Shown piece after piece: positions 34,498 through 48,122 of a DNA stretch of 64,000 nt; the stretch's first letter is position 1, and each line of letters begins with the position of its first letter. Location: contig CAZAJO010000002.1 of NCBI GenBank assembly GCA_964485575.1, positions 23,230 to 87,229 of the forward strand, in the 5' to 3' direction. The stretch is from an uncultured Gammaproteobacteria bacterium (GTDB taxonomy: Bacteria; Patescibacteriota; Microgenomatia; Levybacterales; GWA1-39-11). The position numbers and the translations under genes are program-made. The notes under the pieces were generated by a model that ran no database searches, was not told the origin of the DNA, and worked only from the letters and a program-made list of their open reading frames with translations.

Positions 34498-37400
34498 ATG
34501 GCAGATTTTGTTCACCTACATAACCACAGCGAGTATTCATTGCTTGACGGACTATCCCGCATAGATCCTATGGTGGAATATGCCAAAAGGCAGGGAATGA
34601 AAGCAATTGCCATAACAGACCATGGAAATTTATATGGAGCAATTAAGTTTTACAAGAAATGCCTTGCTGAAGAAATAAAACCTATCATTGGATGCGAAAT
34701 TTATGTCGCCAAAAGAAATTTACACGACAAAGAGGCAGGGGTTGATAAGGACTACAATCATCTAATACTTTTGGCAAAGGATCTTGCAGGATACAAAAAT
34801 TTACTCAAAATCATCACAGTCTCCCACTTGGAAGGGTTCTACTACAAGCCAAGAACCGATGTTGCCTTACTTAAAAAATACAGCGAAGGACTAATTTGCC
34901 TTACCGCGTGTGTAAGTGGATATGTAGGAGAACCACTTTTAGAAGGTAAAGAGGCAGAAGCAAAAAAAAGGCTTGAAACACTGATTAATATTTACACGAA
35001 AGAAAATCTGTTCTTAGAGATCCAAAGACATACTCATGTCTCTCCTCAGGCGGAATTGAATGAAAAACTTATAGCTCTTTCAAAGGAATACGGCGTAGAA
35101 CTTGTAGCTACAAATGACAATCATTATATCGAGAAAGATGATGCGGAAGCTCAAGAGCTATTACTTTGCATAGGAACCCAAACAACAATGCTTGATGAGG
35201 GTCGAAAACTCTCCATGATAGACTCTCCGGATTTCTATATCAAAACTTCCGAAGAGATGAGTGAGGCATTTAAAGACATCCCTGAAGCAGTTACAAATTC
35301 GGTAAAGATAGCTGAAATGTGTAATTTAGAGCTTACTCTCGGAAAGTGGATCATGCCACAGTATGAGGTGCCAAAAGGCATGACAACAGCTGACTATTTC
35401 AAGGAGCTCATTGAAGAGAGGCTACCCTTCAGATATCCAAAAGTAACTGATGAAATAAGGGAAAGAATCAATTATGAAATTGAGGTAATACTTAAAAAAG
35501 GGTATGAAACCTACTTTCTGACTGTTGCTGATTTTGTGAACTGGGCAAAGGATCACGAAATAAGCGTTGGACCGGGAAGAGGTTCTGCAGCGGGATCTGT
35601 GGTATCTTACATATTAAGAATAACTGACGTTGACCCTTTCTACTTCAATCTCCCTTTTGAAAGATTCCTAAATCCGGAAAGACCTTCAGCACCCGATATC
35701 GACCTTGATTTTGCTGATACCAGACGGGATGAGGTCATTCAATACGTCACTGAAAAATATGGACATGACAAAGTTGCCCAAATCATAACTTTCGGGACCA
35801 TGGAAGCTCGGGGATCAGTCCGTGACGCTGGTCGTGCGCTTGGAATGCCATATGCTCAACCTGACAGGATCTCCAAAATGATCCCACCAGGGTGGCAAGG
35901 ACACCATATGACTATTGATCTTGCACTCACTCAAAGTCCTGATCTTAAGAATGCTTATAACACTGAACCTGAAACAAAAAGGCTCTTAGACATTGCAAAA
36001 AAACTGAATGGGGTCGCCCGACACGCATCAGTGCATGCTGCGGGAGTTGTCATAGCAGACAAAGATCTTACAGAGTATGTACCGTTACAAAAAGAAACGA
36101 ATGGTGACAAGATTGTCACCCAATACGACATGTACACCGTTGGTGAGGATGGGGTCGGACTTCTGAAGATGGACTTTCTGGGACTTCGCAATCTTACTAT
36201 TATCCAAGAAGCTCTCCGTTTTATTAAAGAAAACCAAAACAAAGAGATAGACTTCCAAAAAATCTCATATGATGACCCTCCGACATACAGACTTTTGGCG
36301 AGTGGTGAGACGACCGGCATATTCCAGCTTGAGTCTGCCGGTATGAGACGGTATATCAAGGAGTTAAAGCCGACGACAATTTTTGATGTGATGGCAATGG
36401 TTGCGCTTTACCGTCCCGGACCTATGCAAAATATTCCGGACTTTATAGCACGGAAGCACGACCCATCAAAAATCTCTTTCCCAGATCCAAGACTAGAGCA
36501 AATCCTAGCTAATTCCTACGGAATCTTGACGTTTCAGGATGATGTCCTTTTGACAACAATTGCACTTGCAGGATACACATGGTTAGACGCTGATAAATTT
36601 AGAAAAGCAATGGGTAAGAAAATTCCTGCTGAAATGAAAAAGCAGAAAGAGATATTTCTTACAGGAGCTGTCAAAAACGGACTTACACAAAAAAAAGCCG
36701 AGGAAATATTTGAATTGATTGCTCCTTTTGCAGGATATGGTTTTAACAAGGCACATGCATCATGCTATGCAACTATCGCTTTTAGGACCGCTTATCTTAA
36801 GGCTCATTTCCCGGTAGAATTTATGACTGCTCTTCTGACGGCAGAGTCGCGTGGCTCTACCGGTCCTCAAAAGAATGAGAAAATCTCAATTGCTGTGGCT
36901 GAGTGTAAGAGACTCAAGATTGAGGTGCTGGGTCCGAACGTCAATAAATCCCTCCAAGACTTTTCTATAGAAGAAAACAAGGTCAGATTTGGACTTTCGG
37001 CAGTTAAAAACGTTGGCACGGCTGCTATCTCAACTATCCTTGAGGCTCGGGAAAAGGGTGAATTTACCAACCTTTCAGATTTTTGCTCTCGTGTTGACCT
37101 CTCTAAAGTAAATAAAAAAACTCTCGAGAGTCTCATCAAAGCCGGGGCATTTGATGAATTTGGTAAGAGAGCCTCAATGCTTTTTTCGATCACTAACATT
37201 GTTTCATCAATCACAAAAAAGGCCGTCAAAAAACCAACAAATCAAGTGAGTCTTTTTGCCGATCTACCTCAAGAGACTGCAGGACCTCTCTTGGACACTT
37301 CTATCCAAGACATTGACGATTTTACCGATAGCGAGAAGTTGATGTTTGAGCGCGAACTTTTAGGGTTTTTCTTATCTGACCACCCTCTCAACTACAAACT

Positions 37401-37713
37401 AAACACCCTATTCACATTTGCTACTCATAAAATTTCAGATCTTCCCGAAGTAAATAACGGAACAAGGATCAAAATCGGGGGTCTTATCTCTTCCATCAAG
37501 AAAATATTCACAAAAAGATCGAATGAGGAAATGGCATTCGTAACTCTTGAGGATCATCTGGGAGTAAGCATTGAATGCGTAGTTTTCCCAAAGATATTTG
37601 AAAAATCCAAATCCTATCTCGTAAAAGATGCAATAGTCATCATGGAAGGCAAGCTAGACTTCAAAGAAGAACTTCCTGTCATAATTGTCGAGGGTGTACG
37701 CATTCTTAACTAA
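34498..37713 (+). CDS. dnaE: DNA polymerase III alpha subunit
   Basis: FVHLHNHSEYSLLDG PHP domain, GPGRGSAAGS, PDIDLDF, KMDFLGL, YGFNKAH and a C-terminal OB fold. Confidence 0.96.
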   Translation: MADFVHLHNHSEYSLLDGLSRIDPMVEYAKRQGMKAIAITDHGNLYGAIKFYKKCLAEEIKPIIGCEIYVAKRNLHDKEAGVDKDYNHLILLAKDLAGYKNLLKIITVSHLEGFYYKPRTDVALLKKYSEGLICLTACVSGYVGEPLLEGKEAEAKKRLETLINIYTKENLFLEIQRHTHVSPQAELNEKLIALSKEYGVELVATNDNHYIEKDDAEAQELLLCIGTQTTMLDEGRKLSMIDSPDFYIKTSEEMSEAFKDIPEAVTNSVKIAEMCNLELTLGKWIMPQYEVPKGMTTADYFKELIEERLPFRYPKVTDEIRERINYEIEVILKKGYETYFLTVADFVNWAKDHEISVGPGRGSAAGSVVSYILRITDVDPFYFNLPFERFLNPERPSAPDIDLDFADTRRDEVIQYVTEKYGHDKVAQIITFGTMEARGSVRDAGRALGMPYAQPDRISKMIPPGWQGHHMTIDLALTQSPDLKNAYNTEPETKRLLDIAKKLNGVARHASVHAAGVVIADKDLTEYVPLQKETNGDKIVTQYDMYTVGEDGVGLLKMDFLGLRNLTIIQEALRFIKENQNKEIDFQKISYDDPPTYRLLASGETTGIFQLESAGMRRYIKELKPTTIFDVMAMVALYRPGPMQNIPDFIARKHDPSKISFPDPRLEQILANSYGILTFQDDVLLTTIALAGYTWLDADKFRKAMGKKIPAEMKKQKEIFLTGAVKNGLTQKKAEEIFELIAPFAGYGFNKAHASCYATIAFRTAYLKAHFPVEFMTALLTAESRGSTGPQKNEKISIAVAECKRLKIEVLGPNVNKSLQDFSIEENKVRFGLSAVKNVGTAAISTILEAREKGEFTNLSDFCSRVDLSKVNKKTLESLIKAGAFDEFGKRASMLFSITNIVSSITKKAVKKPTNQVSLFADLPQETAGPLLDTSIQDIDDFTDSEKLMFERELLGFFLSDHPLNYKLNTLFTFATHKISDLPEVNNGTRIKIGGLISSIKKIFTKRSNEEMAFVTLEDHLGVSIECVVFPKIFEKSKSYLVKDAIVIMEGKLDFKEELPVIIVEGVRILN

Positions 37714-37771
37714 TGTCAATACATATAGGCATTGACTTAAATTTTGAGGTTAGGTACAATAACATTTCTTA

Positions 37772-38521
37772 ATGGCCTCACTCAGACCAGAAATTATTGG
37801 GAACGTCGGTGGATTTCCTCTCACAAACACGTTTGTGACTACTATTTTAGTGGATGTCGTCATTTTTTCCTTAATTTTTGCATTCTCAAGACGGGCAGCA
37901 CTTATACCCTCTGGGGTCCAAGCAGTTTTTGAACCGGTGATTGAATATTTTTATGATTTAACTTCTAGTATTGCCGGGAGTAAGGTTGCCACAATATTCC
38001 CTTGGTTTGCTAGCTTTTTCTTTTTTATTGTCTTTGCAAATTTGATAGCACTATTGCCCGGGTTTGGTAGTATAGGTTTTTGGGAAACGGTAGAACATCA
38101 TGGTGAATCAAAACACGAGCTTATTCCACTTTTTAGAGCTGCAACAAGCGACTTTAATGTAACCCTCGCTTTGGGTGCAGTTTCTGTGGTGGCAACACAC
38201 GTTATAGCCCTCCAATACAATGGTCTTCTTGGTTATATTAAAAAGTTTCTTTCATTGAATCCTATTTATCTTTTTATCGGACTCTTAGAGTTTTGTCTTG
38301 AACTTGTAAAGATCTTTTCGCTTTCTTTCAGACTTTTTGGTAATATATTCGCAGGAGAAGTAGTACTGGTAACGGTTGCAGGTCTTTCTGCTTTCTTTGC
38401 ACCAATTCCATTCTTGTTGCTTGAAGTGATTGTAGCACTTGTACAATCACTCGTATTTGCAATGTTAACAATGGTATTTATGTCATTATTGGCAACTACC
38501 AGTAAAGAAGGCGGACACTAA
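37772..38521 (+). CDS. atpB: ATP synthase Fo subunit a
   Basis: ATSDFNVTLAL, SLSFRLFGNIFAGE (essential Arg), QSLVFAMLT. Confidence 0.93.
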   Translation: MASLRPEIIGNVGGFPLTNTFVTTILVDVVIFSLIFAFSRRAALIPSGVQAVFEPVIEYFYDLTSSIAGSKVATIFPWFASFFFFIVFANLIALLPGFGSIGFWETVEHHGESKHELIPLFRAATSDFNVTLALGAVSVVATHVIALQYNGLLGYIKKFLSLNPIYLFIGLLEFCLELVKIFSLSFRLFGNIFAGEVVLVTVAGLSAFFAPIPFLLLEVIVALVQSLVFAMLTMVFMSLLATTSKEGGH

Positions 38522-38558
38522 TAAAAAAACATGATTAAAACATATACATATTTAATGA

Positions 38559-38783
<225 letters not shown>

Positions 38784-38814
38784 TAAATTACCAAAAGAGG
38801 AGGAATTTTAAATT

Positions 38815-39318
38815 ATGGAAATTCTCGATCAATTTGGATTTGATATAAAATTATTTGTTGCACAAATAGTTAATTTTTTGGTGATCGCCTACGTATTCAA
38901 GCGGTTTCTATACAAACCTTTGCTTGCGATTCTCGAAAAAAGAAAATCTACAATCAAAAAGGGGCTTTTAGATGCTGAAAAAGCTGAAAAGGCTCTTTCA
39001 GAAGCTGAGGAAAAGAAAGACGCAATCCTTGCAAAAGCTGGTAAAGAAGCTGAAAGGCTTATCAATGAAGCCAAGAATCAAGCAACGTCTGCACGTGAGT
39101 TGATGCTTGAAGATACAAAAAAAGAAATCGCTACGATGATGGAAGCGACAAAAATACAGATCGAACTCGAGAAAGAGAACTTTAAGAAAGAGGCCAAGAA
39201 TTTGTCATTGGAATTATCAAGGCAAATACTTTCAACAACGATAGAAAGTCTATTTGACAAAAAAGAACAGGATACTCTGATCAAAAAAGGTATCACAAAA
39301 ATAAAAAGTCATGAATAA
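38815..39318 (+). CDS. atpF: ATP synthase Fo subunit b
   Basis: AQIVNFL...YKPL..ILEKRK then a long charged helix. Confidence 0.9.
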   Translation: MEILDQFGFDIKLFVAQIVNFLVIAYVFKRFLYKPLLAILEKRKSTIKKGLLDAEKAEKALSEAEEKKDAILAKAGKEAERLINEAKNQATSARELMLEDTKKEIATMMEATKIQIELEKENFKKEAKNLSLELSRQILSTTIESLFDKKEQDTLIKKGITKIKSHE

Positions 39319-39664
39319 TAAAGAACAAAAATTAAAACAACTGGCCATACTCGCTTCAAAAAGTGATAGTATCCCTGAAGATATCGCTTCATATCTATTG
39401 AATTACCTTGGCAAGCAAGAGTTGAAAGTATTCTTGCGCTTTTACAAAAATGAGATTGATAGAAAAAGAGTCTACGTTTCGACTCCTCAAAATCTTTCTC
39501 AAGATAGTATGAAAACATTGAAGAATTTATATGCACAAAAAGAGATAATACTCTCAGTTGATCCGACACTAGGCGCAGGCTTGAAAATTCAACAAAATGA
39601 CACTATAGTCGATTTTACTTTTAAGAAATATATAGATGACACAATCGATACGTTAAAAGACTAG
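39311..39664 (+). CDS. atpH: ATP synthase F1 subunit delta (short form)
   Basis: Position in the operon; C-terminal [19 protein letters not shown]. Confidence 0.8.
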   Translation: MNNKEQKLKQLAILASKSDSIPEDIASYLLNYLGKQELKVFLRFYKNEIDRKRVYVSTPQNLSQDSMKTLKNLYAQKEIILSVDPTLGAGLKIQQNDTIVDFTFKKYIDDTIDTLKD

Positions 39665-39665
39665 T

Positions 39666-41180
39666 ATGAAACAAGAAGAGTTACTAAAACAAATAGAAAA
39701 AAGGCTCTCTACAGTACATCTTAACCCTAAGATGGAAAATGTTGGAGTCGTCCAAAGTGTAGGAGATGGAATCATCCAGGCGTCCGGACTTTCAAGAGTC
39801 GGATTTGGTGAGGAAGTTGAATTCAAGAATGGAGCAAGAGGTCTTTCTTTCAACCTTAATGAAGATCTTACGTCAATCATCCTTCTTACCGAAAGTTTGG
39901 ATATCCAAGAGGGAGACAGTATCAAAACCACAGGAAGAATTTTAGGAATCACAGGTAGCGATGAGCTTATTGGACGCGTTATCGACCCCCTACAAAACCC
40001 ACTCGATGGCAAAAGACTTTCATTGAAAGGACCACTCTACCCTCTAGAGAAGATTGCACCTGGAGTTATCGAAAGACAATCAGTTGATACCCCATTAAAA
40101 ACAGGGATAAAAGCTATTGACGCTATGACTCCAATTGGACGGGGACAACGGGAACTTATAATCGGCGACAGAAATACAGGAAAAACCGCGATTGCTATCG
40201 ATACGATCATTAATCAGAAGAAAAAAGATCTCGGTCTTAAGAAAGTTATCTGTATCTATTGTGCAATCGGTCAAAAAAGAAGCAATATTGCCCGTATAAT
40301 CGGAAAGCTTGAAGAGGAGGGAGCGATGGATTACACGATCGTTGTTGCGGCATCCTCATCTGATTCTGCTGCACTTCAATACCTTGCCCCATTTGCTGCA
40401 ACTGCAATCGGTGAATACTTTATGGAAAAAGGGGAGGACGTTCTTGTCGTTTTTGACGATTTCTCAAAACATGCGTGGGCATATAGACAAATTTCACTTC
40501 TTCTCAAACGTCCGGCGGGCCGCGAAGCATATCCTGGAGATATCTTTTATCTACATTCCAGAATTTTAGAAAGGTCTTCAAGAATGTCAGATAAATTGGG
40601 AGGTGGGTCTCTCACTGCCCTTCCTATTATTGAAACTCAGGCTGCAGACAACTCAGCCTATATCCCTACAAACGTCATCTCTATTACAGACGGACAAATC
40701 TACCTTGAGAACGATCTCTTCAATCAAGGGGTGAGACCGGCTATCAACACCGGTCAGTCAGTTTCACGCGTTGGAGGGGCTGCACAGACTAAAATCATGA
40801 AACAAATTGCAGGACCACTCAGGCTTGAAAGTGCACAGTATCGAGAACTCGCAGCCTTTGCACAATTTGGAAGTGATTTGGATGAAGAGACTCTGAAAAA
40901 GATAGAGCGAGGAAAAAGGGTTGCTGAGATTCTAAAACAACCACAATACTCCCCTCTTTCAGAATTTGAGCAAGTAGTTAGTATTTATTCTGCGGCGACA
41001 GGACTTTTGGATGATTTTCCCGTAGATCAGATTGGTCTTTTTGAACAAAAAATAATAGATTTTATTAAAGTCAAGAATAAAGGATTACTCAAAAAGCTTG
41101 AGGCTGGGGAAAAAATGGATGATAAGACTATCGAAGAACTAAAGAACGTTGTCACAAGCTTCAAAAAGACCGTCAAGTAA
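39666..41180 (+). CDS. atpA: ATP synthase F1 subunit alpha
   Basis: [32 protein letters not shown] and ISITDGQI. Confidence 0.96.
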   Translation: MKQEELLKQIEKRLSTVHLNPKMENVGVVQSVGDGIIQASGLSRVGFGEEVEFKNGARGLSFNLNEDLTSIILLTESLDIQEGDSIKTTGRILGITGSDELIGRVIDPLQNPLDGKRLSLKGPLYPLEKIAPGVIERQSVDTPLKTGIKAIDAMTPIGRGQRELIIGDRNTGKTAIAIDTIINQKKKDLGLKKVICIYCAIGQKRSNIARIIGKLEEEGAMDYTIVVAASSSDSAALQYLAPFAATAIGEYFMEKGEDVLVVFDDFSKHAWAYRQISLLLKRPAGREAYPGDIFYLHSRILERSSRMSDKLGGGSLTALPIIETQAADNSAYIPTNVISITDGQIYLENDLFNQGVRPAINTGQSVSRVGGAAQTKIMKQIAGPLRLESAQYRELAAFAQFGSDLDEETLKKIERGKRVAEILKQPQYSPLSEFEQVVSIYSAATGLLDDFPVDQIGLFEQKIIDFIKVKNKGLLKKLEAGEKMDDKTIEELKNVVTSFKKTVK

Positions 41181-41184
41181 TACT

Positions 41185-43415
<2,231 letters not shown>

Positions 43416-43418
43416 GTT

Positions 43419-43823
43419 ATGTTTCAACTCCAAATATTGTCACCATTAGGTGAAGTCTTCAATGAGTCAGTAGATGAAGCTTTACTCCCAACCGATAAAG
43501 GCGAAATCGCCATATTACCCCATCACGTCCCATTGTTCTCAAAGCTGACTGAAGGAACCATAACTATCAGCAAGGGTGGTAAAAGTACTGTAATTGCCAT
43601 CGTAGGTGGGTTTTTAGAGGTTAATAATGAAATAGTCACAATCCTATCTGATTTTGCGATAAAAGCCGAGAATATTCAGGTTGCAAGAGCCTTGGAAGCA
43701 AAAAAACAAGCTGAGGAGTTCATCTCCAACAAACAGGGGACAGCAGATCTGATCATGGCAGAGAGGCAATTACAAAAGTCTTTGCTAGAACTTAAAGTAG
43801 CCGACAAAATGAAGCACCATTAA
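43419..43823 (+). CDS. atpC: ATP synthase F1 subunit epsilon
   Basis: GEIAILPHHVP, GGFLEV and C-terminal helices. Confidence 0.9.
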   Translation: MFQLQILSPLGEVFNESVDEALLPTDKGEIAILPHHVPLFSKLTEGTITISKGGKSTVIAIVGGFLEVNNEIVTILSDFAIKAENIQVARALEAKKQAEEFISNKQGTADLIMAERQLQKSLLELKVADKMKHH

Positions 43824-43828
43824 TCTCT

Positions 43829-44560
43829 ATGATCCGCAGAAGAATACGTTCCTCAAGACTATCAAGAACTAGTGAAAAGCAAAATAAAAGACAAGCTCTT
43901 TTGTTCACGATTGGTATTGTCGTTCTCCTCGTGATTCTAATTCAGTTTGGACCAATCCTAATAAACATTTTTGGCAATGTTGTATATACTCTTCGAGGTG
44001 GAGACAAGAGTGATACACAAGTGGTAGGACAAGAGCTACTTCAACCACCAATCCTTATTGGGGTTGCCGAGGCAACTCAAAGTGCAACAATCTCCTTTAG
44101 CGGTGTCGCACCGGACAAAAGTGGAACAGTCGAACTGTACGTGAATGATGACCTTGTGGATGAAATTGAGGTCCATAGTAAAACTGACTTTCAAATCAAT
44201 AGTTTGCCATTGAAAAAGGGCGTAAATATTGTAAAGGCTCGCTTTGTTAAAGGAGACAAGACTAGTTCATTCACTCAAGATTATCTCGTCAATTACCTCA
44301 ACGACAAACCAAAACTTGAGGTCTCTTTTCCGAATGATGGTGGAACATACACAAAAGCAGACAAAAATATTACTGTTACAGGAATGACAGACCCTGACAA
44401 CACTGTTTCTGTCAATTCATTTAGAGCAATAGTTGATACATCTGGCAAATTTTCATACCAGCTTCAATTGAACGACGGTGAGAATCAGATAACGATTGAT
44501 GCACAAAATCCTGCAGGAGGTACCACTCAGAAGCAATTGAAGGTTACTTATCAGCCTTAG
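43829..44560 (+). CDS. membrane-anchored protein with two bacterial Ig-like domains
   Basis: Basic N-terminus and TM, then beta-rich L..G.N.I repeats (LKKGVNIVK, LNDGENQITIDA). Confidence 0.7.
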   Translation: MIRRRIRSSRLSRTSEKQNKRQALLFTIGIVVLLVILIQFGPILINIFGNVVYTLRGGDKSDTQVVGQELLQPPILIGVAEATQSATISFSGVAPDKSGTVELYVNDDLVDEIEVHSKTDFQINSLPLKKGVNIVKARFVKGDKTSSFTQDYLVNYLNDKPKLEVSFPNDGGTYTKADKNITVTGMTDPDNTVSVNSFRAIVDTSGKFSYQLQLNDGENQITIDAQNPAGGTTQKQLKVTYQP

Positions 44561-45737
44561 ACCCAATACCTATTACCCTTGCCATTAAAAACCAAAATGT
44601 CAGGATAGGCGTATAAAAAAGTACGTTTGTAAATAAGCTCCCTACGATAAGTGCTATCATGGTCGGAAACAGTATAACTATTTTCTTTTTCTGATGTGTT
44701 AGTATTTCCTTTCCTAAAAGGAACCATGAGAATATATACACAATTACTCCTATGCTTCCTGTTGTCACGAAAGCAAATAGAAAACTGTTGTCGGTACCAG
44801 CATCAGCATTGCTCCATGAAGCCCCTTTTTCATTTCTGTAACCATATCTCAACTGAGCATACCGAAATGCGTTAAACCCAACTCCACCTATCGGGTTTTT
44901 TGAGATTATATCTATGGATTCTTTCACTGAATCAATCCGCTTACTTGTAGATGCTGTTCTTAAAGGATTTAGTCCTTCAACGTGAGTATCTGAGATAAGA
45001 AACAAAAAAGCAATCATAAGAAGTCCAACAAATAAAACTTGCTTAATTTTTTTTGTTATGACTGCATAGCTTACTATCCCAACAAGAAGAGAAACCAGAG
45101 CTGTTCTTGAAAATGTAAGATATATGGCAATAACAGTACAAAATGCAAGAATTATTTCTTTATAAACTGCTTCAAATTTGCCACTTCCTATGCGAGTGAA
45201 TAGATAGAAAAAAAACATGACAAAAAATACTCCGGCAAAATTAGGGTCCAGAAATGAAGAAAACATTCTGTAGAGATGGTTGTCCCAGCCGAGGTAAAAT
45301 AACTTGTAAAGATCATAGTAAAAGAAAAACTGCCAATATCCCATCAGGATGATGATTATTCCAGAAAATAACATCACAGACCCTATGCGTTTTAAAAATG
45401 AAGGACTTAGTGGAGCGACAAAAATTGATAGATAGGAAAGATACCGCAGGGGGTAAAGAATTGATTGGATGAGTTTAACGTCAGTATAGAAAAGACAATT
45501 TAATAAAAGACTTACTACACCAATGAACACAAATATTAACTGAAACCTAACAAAATTATTCTTTGGAATTTTCCTTTTTTTTATGAAATAAACCGCTGTA
45601 AGTAGGAAAATAAGCCCAACTAAAATATCTTGAGGAACCACGTAAACGTTTGTCGACAATCTTAACCTTAACAATAATCCGATGGGAAAACTAATAACAA
45701 GTAGCAACGTTAACTTTTGAATTATTTTTTCTATCAT
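44544..45737 (-). CDS. O-antigen ligase (WaaL/Wzy_C) family protein
   Basis: Multi-TM; RMFSSFLDPNFAG, LTFSRTA, GVGFN and DNSFL. Confidence 0.8.
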   Translation of the reverse strand: MIEKIIQKLTLLLVISFPIGLLLRLRLSTNVYVVPQDILVGLIFLLTAVYFIKKRKIPKNNFVRFQLIFVFIGVVSLLLNCLFYTDVKLIQSILYPLRYLSYLSIFVAPLSPSFLKRIGSVMLFSGIIIILMGYWQFFFYYDLYKLFYLGWDNHLYRMFSSFLDPNFAGVFFVMFFFYLFTRIGSGKFEAVYKEIILAFCTVIAIYLTFSRTALVSLLVGIVSYAVITKKIKQVLFVGLLMIAFLFLISDTHVEGLNPLRTASTSKRIDSVKESIDIISKNPIGGVGFNAFRYAQLRYGYRNEKGASWSNADAGTDNSFLFAFVTTGSIGVIVYIFSWFLLGKEILTHQKKKIVILFPTMIALIVGSLFTNVLFYTPILTFWFLMARVIGIGSKADK

Positions 45738-47290
45738 AATCTAAATAGCCAAGCATGAGTTTTTTCATTCCTATAGACAAGCTTACCCTTATCCTCAGGT
45801 TTTTCTGCGCTTTGGTATAAGACGTATTTATAATTATTGTTACCCCATTCATCGATAGTGAATGGAAAATCTACATAATACAGGTTATGTGTATTTTTCA
45901 TAAGAACGACGTCACTACCTACAATTCTTTTGATCTGAGAATTTTCGTCGTAGAAATCTCCGAATTCGAAATTAAGATGACTCATCAAAAATTCCTCTTT
46001 TGATTCTACACCTATTATTACCGGGACGTACTTAAAACTTGCAGCACCCCTGTACAACACGCTTGAGATAGCCAGAACAATGATAACGATGTTCACAAAC
46101 TTAAAAATGGGAGCATTTTTAAGTTTGATAACTGATAAATATACTAAGAGTGAATATGCGGGTAAAAATGGTGCAAGGAACCTCGCTCCTCCGGATTGGG
46201 AAGTAAAATACCATATGAGATACGTTAGAAAACAAAAAACCATAAGAAATAGATATTTTCTTAATTTAAATAACAGTCCATACAAGACAACCGGTAGAAG
46301 AATCACATAGATTGAGCTAATCGGGTCAGGTGCAAAGAGAAAAATTCCCACGAAAGTCTTTATAAAATTCGTAGGCGAGAGAAGATCTATTGTAAAGTTA
46401 CGGAGTCCAAGTTCTGAAAACAATGGAAAGAAAGGGTTACCGGTATGGAAATAAGATATAGCAAACCAAGGCAAAGGAATTGCTAGTGCAACAAAGGAAA
46501 AATTCAATGACTTTTTGATTTTTTCCCTGATTTGATCTTTTGTCAAAGTAAAGATCAATACAATAAAGACAAAAAGAGTTCCAATAGCAAGTATTTTGGT
46601 AGCTATCGCAAATCCCAAAAGAATTGCACTTATAAGCAAATTTTTTCTACTACCCTTCTTTATATATAAAGCAAATTGGTATAACGAAAAACTCTCAAAA
46701 AAAGTTCTTGATAGATCTGAGAATGCTGTAGTTGATAACCACATGATAACCGGGCTTGTATAGAAAAGTATCACAACTAGTAATGACTGGGTCCTTTTTA
46801 GATATAGCCTGGCAAGCTTAAAAAGAACGACACAAGATAAAAGCCCAAAAGTCAGGTGAATCAACTTAGCCATTGTTTCGCTCCACAGTAGCAAGGAGGA
46901 TACATAAAACATTTCTGTTAACTTCGGCATCAATGAATAATAGAAAAGATTGCCTTGAATATAGAAAATCTTTTGATTGAGAATGAATATTTTAGGTATT
47001 GTTAAGTGATACCATAATGAATCGAATGCTAACTCAGGACCGAGTGCACCAATAAGATTTACTCCCGCAAGAGTTAGAAACAAAACATACAAAAGTAAAT
47101 CTTGCTTTGATTGATATTTGATCAGAGCTCCTAAATCTAGTTTTCCAAGCTTGCTTATAGAAAGAAGCAAACCAATAAGAAAAAGCAATACAGTCAAAAG
47201 AAAAACAGGAAAGTAAGACAATTTTCCAATAAGCCCTATGAAGAGAACGCAATATGAATAAACCCCAATGAGAATTGCTATTGTTAGCAT
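45734..47290 (-). CDS. GT-C fold glycosyltransferase (PMT/ArnT-like)
   Basis: Multi-TM; P...FDSLWYHLTIPK first-loop motif, TGNPFFP and RFLAP. Confidence 0.7.
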   Translation of the reverse strand: MLTIAILIGVYSYCVLFIGLIGKLSYFPVFLLTVLLFLIGLLLSISKLGKLDLGALIKYQSKQDLLLYVLFLTLAGVNLIGALGPELAFDSLWYHLTIPKIFILNQKIFYIQGNLFYYSLMPKLTEMFYVSSLLLWSETMAKLIHLTFGLLSCVVLFKLARLYLKRTQSLLVVILFYTSPVIMWLSTTAFSDLSRTFFESFSLYQFALYIKKGSRKNLLISAILLGFAIATKILAIGTLFVFIVLIFTLTKDQIREKIKKSLNFSFVALAIPLPWFAISYFHTGNPFFPLFSELGLRNFTIDLLSPTNFIKTFVGIFLFAPDPISSIYVILLPVVLYGLLFKLRKYLFLMVFCFLTYLIWYFTSQSGGARFLAPFLPAYSLLVYLSVIKLKNAPIFKFVNIVIIVLAISSVLYRGAASFKYVPVIIGVESKEEFLMSHLNFEFGDFYDENSQIKRIVGSDVVLMKNTHNLYYVDFPFTIDEWGNNNYKYVLYQSAEKPEDKGKLVYRNEKTHAWLFRL

Positions 47291-47414
47291 AATCCCTTTC
47301 TACAAATCAGGTGGTAATAATACAGAATTATTATTATAATTGTCCAAAGAACAAACAGCCCTAGTACTTTTTTCATATCAGTATTATAACAGCTACAAAA
47401 CTGTTCAAAGCTAG

Positions 47415-48122
47415 ATGAATATAAAAACTGCAGTCATTATTCCCGTATATAACGAGGGGGATAATTTATTAATCCTTATTCCAGATATTTATAAATACAA
47501 TAAAGGTCTTACTCTTTTTGTTGTGGATGACAATTCGACTGATAAAACTGGAACGATCATAAAAAAAATGAGGGCTATGTATCCTATTTTCTATATCAAA
47601 AGGAAAAGCAAACTTGGGAGAGGGACTGCCGTGATAGAAGGCTTTAGACAGGCGTACTTGAAGGGGGGTTTTGAGATATTTGTTGAGATGGATGCAGATC
47701 TTTCCCATAATCCAGAAGAGCTAAAAGGCCTGATAGGCTCAGTGGATAACAAAACTATGGTTCTTGCTTCGCGCTATATTCCAAAAAGCAAAATTTTAGG
47801 GATATCAAAAGGTAGAAAGATAATAAGCAAAATTGTAAATGGTTTTGAAAAAAGACTCTTTGGTCTCCCTATTCATGATTATACGAATGGGTTTAGGGCA
47901 TATTCCAGAGATGCGGTTTCAGTTCTGATAGGACATAAGTATAAAAGCTCAGGATTTGCAACTATTGCAGAGTCGACATACTTACTTCACAAGAAAGGGT
48001 TCAGACTAAAAGAAAAGCCTACAATATTTATTAATAGAAGAATTGGAGGATCAAAAGCCGATCTGCATGAGATGTATATTTCATTGAGAGACCTTATCCG
48101 TGTCCGCTTTTCTAAGATATAA
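47415..48122 (+). CDS. GT2 polyprenol-phosphate mannose synthase-like glycosyltransferase
   Basis: IIPVYNE, VDDNSTD, MDADLSH and DYTNGFRAY. Confidence 0.85.
   Translation: MNIKTAVIIPVYNEGDNLLILIPDIYKYNKGLTLFVVDDNSTDKTGTIIKKMRAMYPIFYIKRKSKLGRGTAVIEGFRQAYLKGGFEIFVEMDADLSHNPEELKGLIGSVDNKTMVLASRYIPKSKILGISKGRKIISKIVNGFEKRLFGLPIHDYTNGFRAYSRDAVSVLIGHKYKSSGFATIAESTYLLHKKGFRLKEKPTIFINRRIGGSKADLHEMYISLRDLIRVRFSKI

Noticed and set aside
34498-37713. Intein or intron in dnaE
   Set aside because: The length and motif order are normal for DnaE, and no intein splice-junction motifs were noticed.
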